Shown: positions 58,234 through 62,237 of the stretch, in pieces
How positions within the stretch are numbered: position 1 is the first letter of the stretch
How the letters are laid out: each line of letters opens with the position of its first letter
From: a virus
Lineage: Duplodnaviria > Caudoviricetes
DNA length: 62,237 nt
Reading direction: 5' to 3' (one strand)
Virus record (IMG/VR): IMGVR_UViG_3300016665_000348
Coordinates: 1-62,237 of that record
Program-made: the position numbers and the translations under genes
The notes under the pieces: model-generated
The model's input: only the letters and a program-made list of their open reading frames with translations
Database searches by the model: none
What the model was told of the DNA's origin: nothing

Positions 58234-59355
58234 ATGACAATAGCATCTTGTATTAAAGTAGATATGAAAACGCTTAAAAAGCTGATTTGCACTTTTGAGC
58301 CAAGTATTTCGATTTGCATTCGCGGTCGTCATGCAGTTGGTAAGTCAGAGGGCACTTATCAGGCGGCAAAGCTTTTGCGTGATGATTTTTACAAAATTCC
58401 TGAGAATGCAGCCAAGTACAACTGGAAGTACGAATATGGTTTGCCTGTCATTGAGCGGCGTCTTTCGCAGCTTACAGAGGGCGACCTTACGGGTATGCCC
58501 GATCTTTCATCTGATCGTTTGTCAACCTCTTTCAAGCCTTGTGATTGGCTTATCGACGCTTGCAACCGGCCAGTGGTTCTGTTCCTCGATGAAAGAAACA
58601 GGGCGCTTGAAGGCGTCAAGCAAGCAGTATTCCAATTAATGGACAGCCATGCGTTCTACGGGTACAAGCTTCACCCTGGAACTCGTGTGATTGTGGCAGA
58701 GAACGTTGGAGATATTTACAACGTTCAACAGTGTGATCCTGCTGAAACTTCACGCCCAGCAACAGTTGAGTTGAACCCAACTGTTGAAGAGTGGATTGAT
58801 TATGCGGCGGACTTTTGCGATCCCTTGACTATCAACTTCATCCTTGCAAACAAGGATTGCTTGGAGGTCACAAATGCGGCTATTGAGCCAAACAAGAAAT
58901 ATCCTGATCGAAGGAGTTGGTTCAAGTTGGATCAACAGCTTCAGAAATCTGGAATGATCAATAAGCCTAATGATCCATTGTTCTATGCTATGGCTGGAAG
59001 CATGGTTGGAATTGAAACGGCTTTGAGATTTGTTGAGTTTGCAAAAACCAACGATTTTCAAGTGACTGCCGAAGAAATCGTAACTGATTGGGCTCAAGCC
59101 AAGAAAAAAATTGGCAAGACTGCTTCTCCAAGCAAGTATATTGAGCTTTCCAAAAAACTTGAGCTCTTCTTGAAAGACAAGAGCCTTACAAAAAACCAAG
59201 GGAGAGAAATCGGAGAGTTCATGAAAGATTGCCCTGCTGAGATTCGAATGCTTGTTTGGGGATTTTTGAGCACTAACAGTAACCTGTATGTTGTTCATCC
59301 TTATGTTGACAAACTACTTGCTGAAACTGCAACCAACAGCTATTCCAATGAGTAA
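58234..59355 (+). CDS. MoxR-like AAA+ ATPase
   Basis: Walker A GRHAVGKSE, RLSQLTEGDLTGMP, Walker B LFLDERNRA, PDRRSW. Confidence 0.85.
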   Translation: MTIASCIKVDMKTLKKLICTFEPSISICIRGRHAVGKSEGTYQAAKLLRDDFYKIPENAAKYNWKYEYGLPVIERRLSQLTEGDLTGMPDLSSDRLSTSFKPCDWLIDACNRPVVLFLDERNRALEGVKQAVFQLMDSHAFYGYKLHPGTRVIVAENVGDIYNVQQCDPAETSRPATVELNPTVEEWIDYAADFCDPLTINFILANKDCLEVTNAAIEPNKKYPDRRSWFKLDQQLQKSGMINKPNDPLFYAMAGSMVGIETALRFVEFAKTNDFQVTAEEIVTDWAQAKKKIGKTASPSKYIELSKKLELFLKDKSLTKNQGREIGEFMKDCPAEIRMLVWGFLSTNSNLYVVHPYVDKLLAETATNSYSNE

Positions 59356-59743
59356 AGCATATGGCCCTGGAATAATTGAAGTAGTCACTACGTTTGATGA
59401 GTTGGATGGCTACAGTCAATTTAAACAACCCATAAAAACAATAGACGAGACAGGTCATATACAGTTCATATGTGGGGAGTGTGAAACTGTAATGCCCGAA
59501 CATAACCCTACATGTTTGGTTCATCTTCAGTATAAAAAGCGCCAAGAGCTTTTTTCTGATGTAGAATACAAACATCCCGAAGGGCAATGCAAGGGCTGTC
59601 CAAGTCCAGTAGAAGGGCCACACAAGTTCTCTTGTGTTTATGGAGGCGTAAGGGCATCACAAGTTGTTCTTTCTGCTAATCTCCAACCAGATGGCTCCTT
59701 GGTCATTGTTTCTCCAAATAACAAAACTGATAAAACATCTTAG
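59348..59743 (+). CDS. Hypothetical protein with two CxxC...H...C zinc-binding-like motifs
   Basis: CGEC...HNPTC and CKGC...HKFSC. Confidence 0.6.
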   Translation: MSKAYGPGIIEVVTTFDELDGYSQFKQPIKTIDETGHIQFICGECETVMPEHNPTCLVHLQYKKRQELFSDVEYKHPEGQCKGCPSPVEGPHKFSCVYGGVRASQVVLSANLQPDGSLVIVSPNNKTDKTS

Positions 59744-59792
59744 GAAAATCCATATTTCCTTACTCATTAGAAACTGAAAGTGAGTAAAAAAG

Positions 59793-60389
59793 ATGACAGT
59801 TATCATGGCAGTTAAAAGAAATGATGAGGTTTGGATTGGCTCTGATACTCGAATCACCTTTGGCAATGATTACGGCATTGATTTTGACACTGAACATGAT
59901 TCAAAACTTGTTTTGTTGGATAATGCTGTAATTGGTGGTGCTGGTGATGTGACTGTCAGAAACTTTCTTGAATTGTTTGTTTCTAAAGGAGCAAGAGAAA
60001 CAGTTTTTGAAACCAAGCTTGATGTGATCTCTTTCTTCATTCGATTCAAAAAGTTTCTAAAAAGGTATGCCGGTCTTGGTGAATCCGAGCCAAACCAAGT
60101 TCAAAATCTAAACAACACAGGTTGGATTGTCGCCACCAAAAACAAAATATTCGAGGTGGATCAAGACGGGTCGGTTTTAGAAATGCCTAAAATGTCCGTT
60201 ATTGGAAGTGGCTGCTTTTCGGCAATGGCCGTTCTGGAGTACATTTTTATTCATCAACCCAAGTTTTCAACGCCAAAAGCAATGGCCAGAGCTCATGAAA
60301 TAGCAATAAAGCATAATCTTTCTTGCGGTGGGCCACAAGTTCAGTTGAACGTAACAAAACATTTTACGGTTGACCAACCCGCTTCTTAA
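59793..60389 (+). CDS. HslV / proteasome beta-like Ntn hydrolase
   Basis: N-terminal M|TVIMAV...GSDTRIT, K, GGAG, IGSG, CGG. Confidence 0.8.
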   Translation: MTVIMAVKRNDEVWIGSDTRITFGNDYGIDFDTEHDSKLVLLDNAVIGGAGDVTVRNFLELFVSKGARETVFETKLDVISFFIRFKKFLKRYAGLGESEPNQVQNLNNTGWIVATKNKIFEVDQDGSVLEMPKMSVIGSGCFSAMAVLEYIFIHQPKFSTPKAMARAHEIAIKHNLSCGGPQVQLNVTKHFTVDQPAS

Positions 60390-60398
60390 TGCTATCAT
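60370..60398 (+). promoter_or_regulatory. Sigma70-type promoter, leaderless configuration
   Basis: TTGACC-N17-TATCAT with the ATG 6 nt downstream. Confidence 0.7.
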
Positions 60399-60404
60399 TA
60401 CTAC

Positions 60405-61193
60405 ATGAAAACAATTGTAATTGGAGATGTCCATGGGTGCTTCAGAGAGCTCATGTATCTTCTTGATAAAGTACAGTACGATGAAAAACAAGATCGCTTG
60501 ATCTTTACTGGCGATCTTGTGGATCGTGGCCCTGCATCTGGTGAGGTTGTTCGTTGGGTCCGTGAGATGTTCTATCGAACAAATGGACTCACAACCTCCG
60601 TGCTTGGAAACCATGACGAAAAACTGTTTCGTTGGTATAAACACGCTTTGAAAAAGCGTGAAAACCCGAACTACCGCATTCCAATGCGCCCACTGTCAAC
60701 TGACAAGATGATCAGTTACAACGCATTGTCGGAAGAAGACCTCCAGTTTCTTGGTGAGCTTCCCATCTATGCACACCTTCAAGGACCGGATTGGGTTGTG
60801 GTTCATGCTGGACTTGAGCCCGGAAAGCCGCTTGAAGAGCAAAGTGCAGGAAAAGTTACTCATATTCGGTTTTTGAGCCCAGATAGCAAAAAAACTGTTT
60901 CTTTGGGTGAAAACTTCGAGCAACCTGCTGGAACAATCTATTGGACAGATTGTTATGACCTTCCTCACCATGTGGTTTATGGTCACAACATTCATTCCAT
61001 GGCTCAACCATATGTCGTGACCAAACCTCATGGCCCTCAGTTGGTCGGTCTTGATACTGGTTGCTGCTTTGGCGGTAGTCTGTCTGCGTTCATCGTTCCT
61101 TCCACGAAAGAAGAGCCCGTAACTCCTGACAACTTCTTCTCTGTCCAAGCTATCAAAGCTTACAGCAGAAGTGCAATTAACACAAAGGATTGA
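60405..61193 (+). CDS. Calcineurin-like metallophosphoesterase (PPP/ApaH/PrpE-like)
   Basis: GDVHG, GDLVDRG, GNHD, VHAG, YGH, LDTGCCFGG. Confidence 0.92.
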   Translation: MKTIVIGDVHGCFRELMYLLDKVQYDEKQDRLIFTGDLVDRGPASGEVVRWVREMFYRTNGLTTSVLGNHDEKLFRWYKHALKKRENPNYRIPMRPLSTDKMISYNALSEEDLQFLGELPIYAHLQGPDWVVVHAGLEPGKPLEEQSAGKVTHIRFLSPDSKKTVSLGENFEQPAGTIYWTDCYDLPHHVVYGHNIHSMAQPYVVTKPHGPQLVGLDTGCCFGGSLSAFIVPSTKEEPVTPDNFFSVQAIKAYSRSAINTKD

Positions 61194-61195
61194 AA

Positions 61196-61491
61196 ATGGC
61201 AGTAGGCCCTAATGACTTAAAAACCCAAATGCCCAAGACATAGAAGTTGTTGAGCATTGGGAGCGAATATTCGACAAGATTCTTTTCGAAACAAACTTTG
61301 TTGATTCTAACGGTGTGATAACCTTGGAAACGTCACGGGTGGTTGAAGAATATTTAAACGTGCGCGGAGAAATACGGCTTAACGAGCTAATCTCTCGTTA
61401 TCAAAAGGCGGGGTGGGAATCTGTAGTCTACAAAGATAGAAAACTTATTTTCACTCCCCCATCGTCTAAAAAAATTATTGACTCCGAATAA
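61196..61491 (+). pseudogene. Frameshifted ORF (pseudogene, programmed -1 shift or assembly error)
   Basis: Shine-Dalgarno and ATG at 61196 give MAVGPNDLKTQMPKT*; the -1 frame is open from 61216 to 61491 with no ATG. Confidence 0.5.
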
Positions 61492-61506
61492 CTTTGGAGT
61501 TATATT
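61478..61506 (+). promoter_or_regulatory. Sigma70-type promoter, leaderless configuration
   Basis: TTGACT-N17-TATATT with the ATG at 61513 lying 6 nt downstream. Confidence 0.7.
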
Positions 61507-61512
61507 TGCTCC

Positions 61513-61731
61513 ATGAGACGTTGGAAAACTTGGGATGGAGCTTTTAGAGCCGTAGGTGAAGCGCCGCTTGGCGTTCATTGCGGCTCTCACGTTTGGACGA
61601 TTCAAGCTGCTAAAGAACGACAAAAGCAGCTTAGTTCCTATGCACACAAAACATGGATTGAATACTTTTCTGAAGGCTCTTGGAAGAGAATTGGAGAAGT
61701 TCTCAATCTCTCTTTCCCCACTCCTTCTTGA
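61513..61731 (+). CDS. Hypothetical protein
   Basis: 72 aa, directly after the promoter. Confidence 0.55.
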   Translation: MRRWKTWDGAFRAVGEAPLGVHCGSHVWTIQAAKERQKQLSSYAHKTWIEYFSEGSWKRIGEVLNLSFPTPS

Positions 61732-61736
61732 AAAAC

Positions 61737-62225
61737 ATGCCAATTAAAACAACAATCGCAGTTCCTTATTTTGTAATGCAAAACTATCTGAATGGCGACA
61801 AAGCCAACAGGATTGCTTCACTAGCTCAACATCACGGCAAGGTCTGGATCATTTCCATCACAAGCCCCAGGTTGTCAGTTTTTGACCCCGAGCCACTTGT
61901 GAAAGATGATCTTGATCGTATCGCTTTGGAATTTTTTGATGTTGACACCTATGCTCCATCCCATTTTCCGGGGCAAGAAACGTTTGCTGTTTTTGATGCC
62001 AAAATGGCAAACAAAATTGTTGACTTTGTTCGCGTGGCGAACAGAAGCAACACAGAAGATCTGTTGGTTGCAAACTGCCATCTTGGGGTATCGCGCTCTG
62101 GTGCTGTGTCCTCATTTGTGCGTTCGGTTTGTGGTATTGATTTTTCTGACTGGAAACGCTTGAACCCACAGGTAATTCCAAACAATCTGGTTCTCTCTCT
62201 TCTTCATCGAGCATGGGAAGCGTGA
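61737..62225 (+). CDS. Protein tyrosine / dual-specificity phosphatase-like protein
   Basis: IISITSP, FFDVD, CX5R loop NCHLGVSRSGA, IPNNLV. Confidence 0.85.
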   Translation: MPIKTTIAVPYFVMQNYLNGDKANRIASLAQHHGKVWIISITSPRLSVFDPEPLVKDDLDRIALEFFDVDTYAPSHFPGQETFAVFDAKMANKIVDFVRVANRSNTEDLLVANCHLGVSRSGAVSSFVRSVCGIDFSDWKRLNPQVIPNNLVLSLLHRAWEA

Positions 62226-62237
62226 TTGTGGTTTTAA

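Noticed and set aside
1-62237. Alternative genetic code (stop-codon reassignment), as seen in some large phages
   Set aside because: Long conserved genes are intact in code 11, and TAA, TAG and TGA all end genes at expected positions.

Overview
This is a gene-dense segment of a large tailed-phage (jumbo myovirus-like) genome read in standard code 11. I saw no tRNA, rRNA or CRISPR array. From left to right it holds: small proteins with helical 'MKxTxxQLxxMIxE' N-termini, a NUDIX hydrolase and a GIY-YIG endonuclease; a tail module (tape measure, baseplate-like proteins, LysM/X-like protein); and a replication and nucleotide block (PolA-like core, HD protein, gp32-like SSB, RecA, dUTPase, 5'-3' exonuclease, DnaB-like helicase, intein-containing class II RNR, SWIM-SNF2 helicase, ThyA, DnaE). 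Further along are a J-domain kinase/vWA/pyruvate-kinase-like cluster, an SOD-like gene, a tail-tube-like gene, a spanin/holin-like cassette, SLOG, a MoxR-AAA/vWA-peptidase pair, an HslV-like protease and two phosphatases. The most striking unexplained structure is a candidate capsid-packaged effector arsenal. Six paralogous genes carry seven minimal protein-kinase domains, and one of them ends in an SSB-like DDIPF tail. An 850-aa polyprotein carries three ADP-ribosyltransferase-like domains separated by (L/I)xE sites. These proteins begin with leaders resembling the T4 capsid-targeting sequence, and the first gene of each unit has a TANTTA motif just upstream. A second promoter class puts a sigma70-type -10 box 6-7 nt before the ATG, implying widespread leaderless mRNAs. 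All functional calls come from motif recognition by eye; no searches were run.
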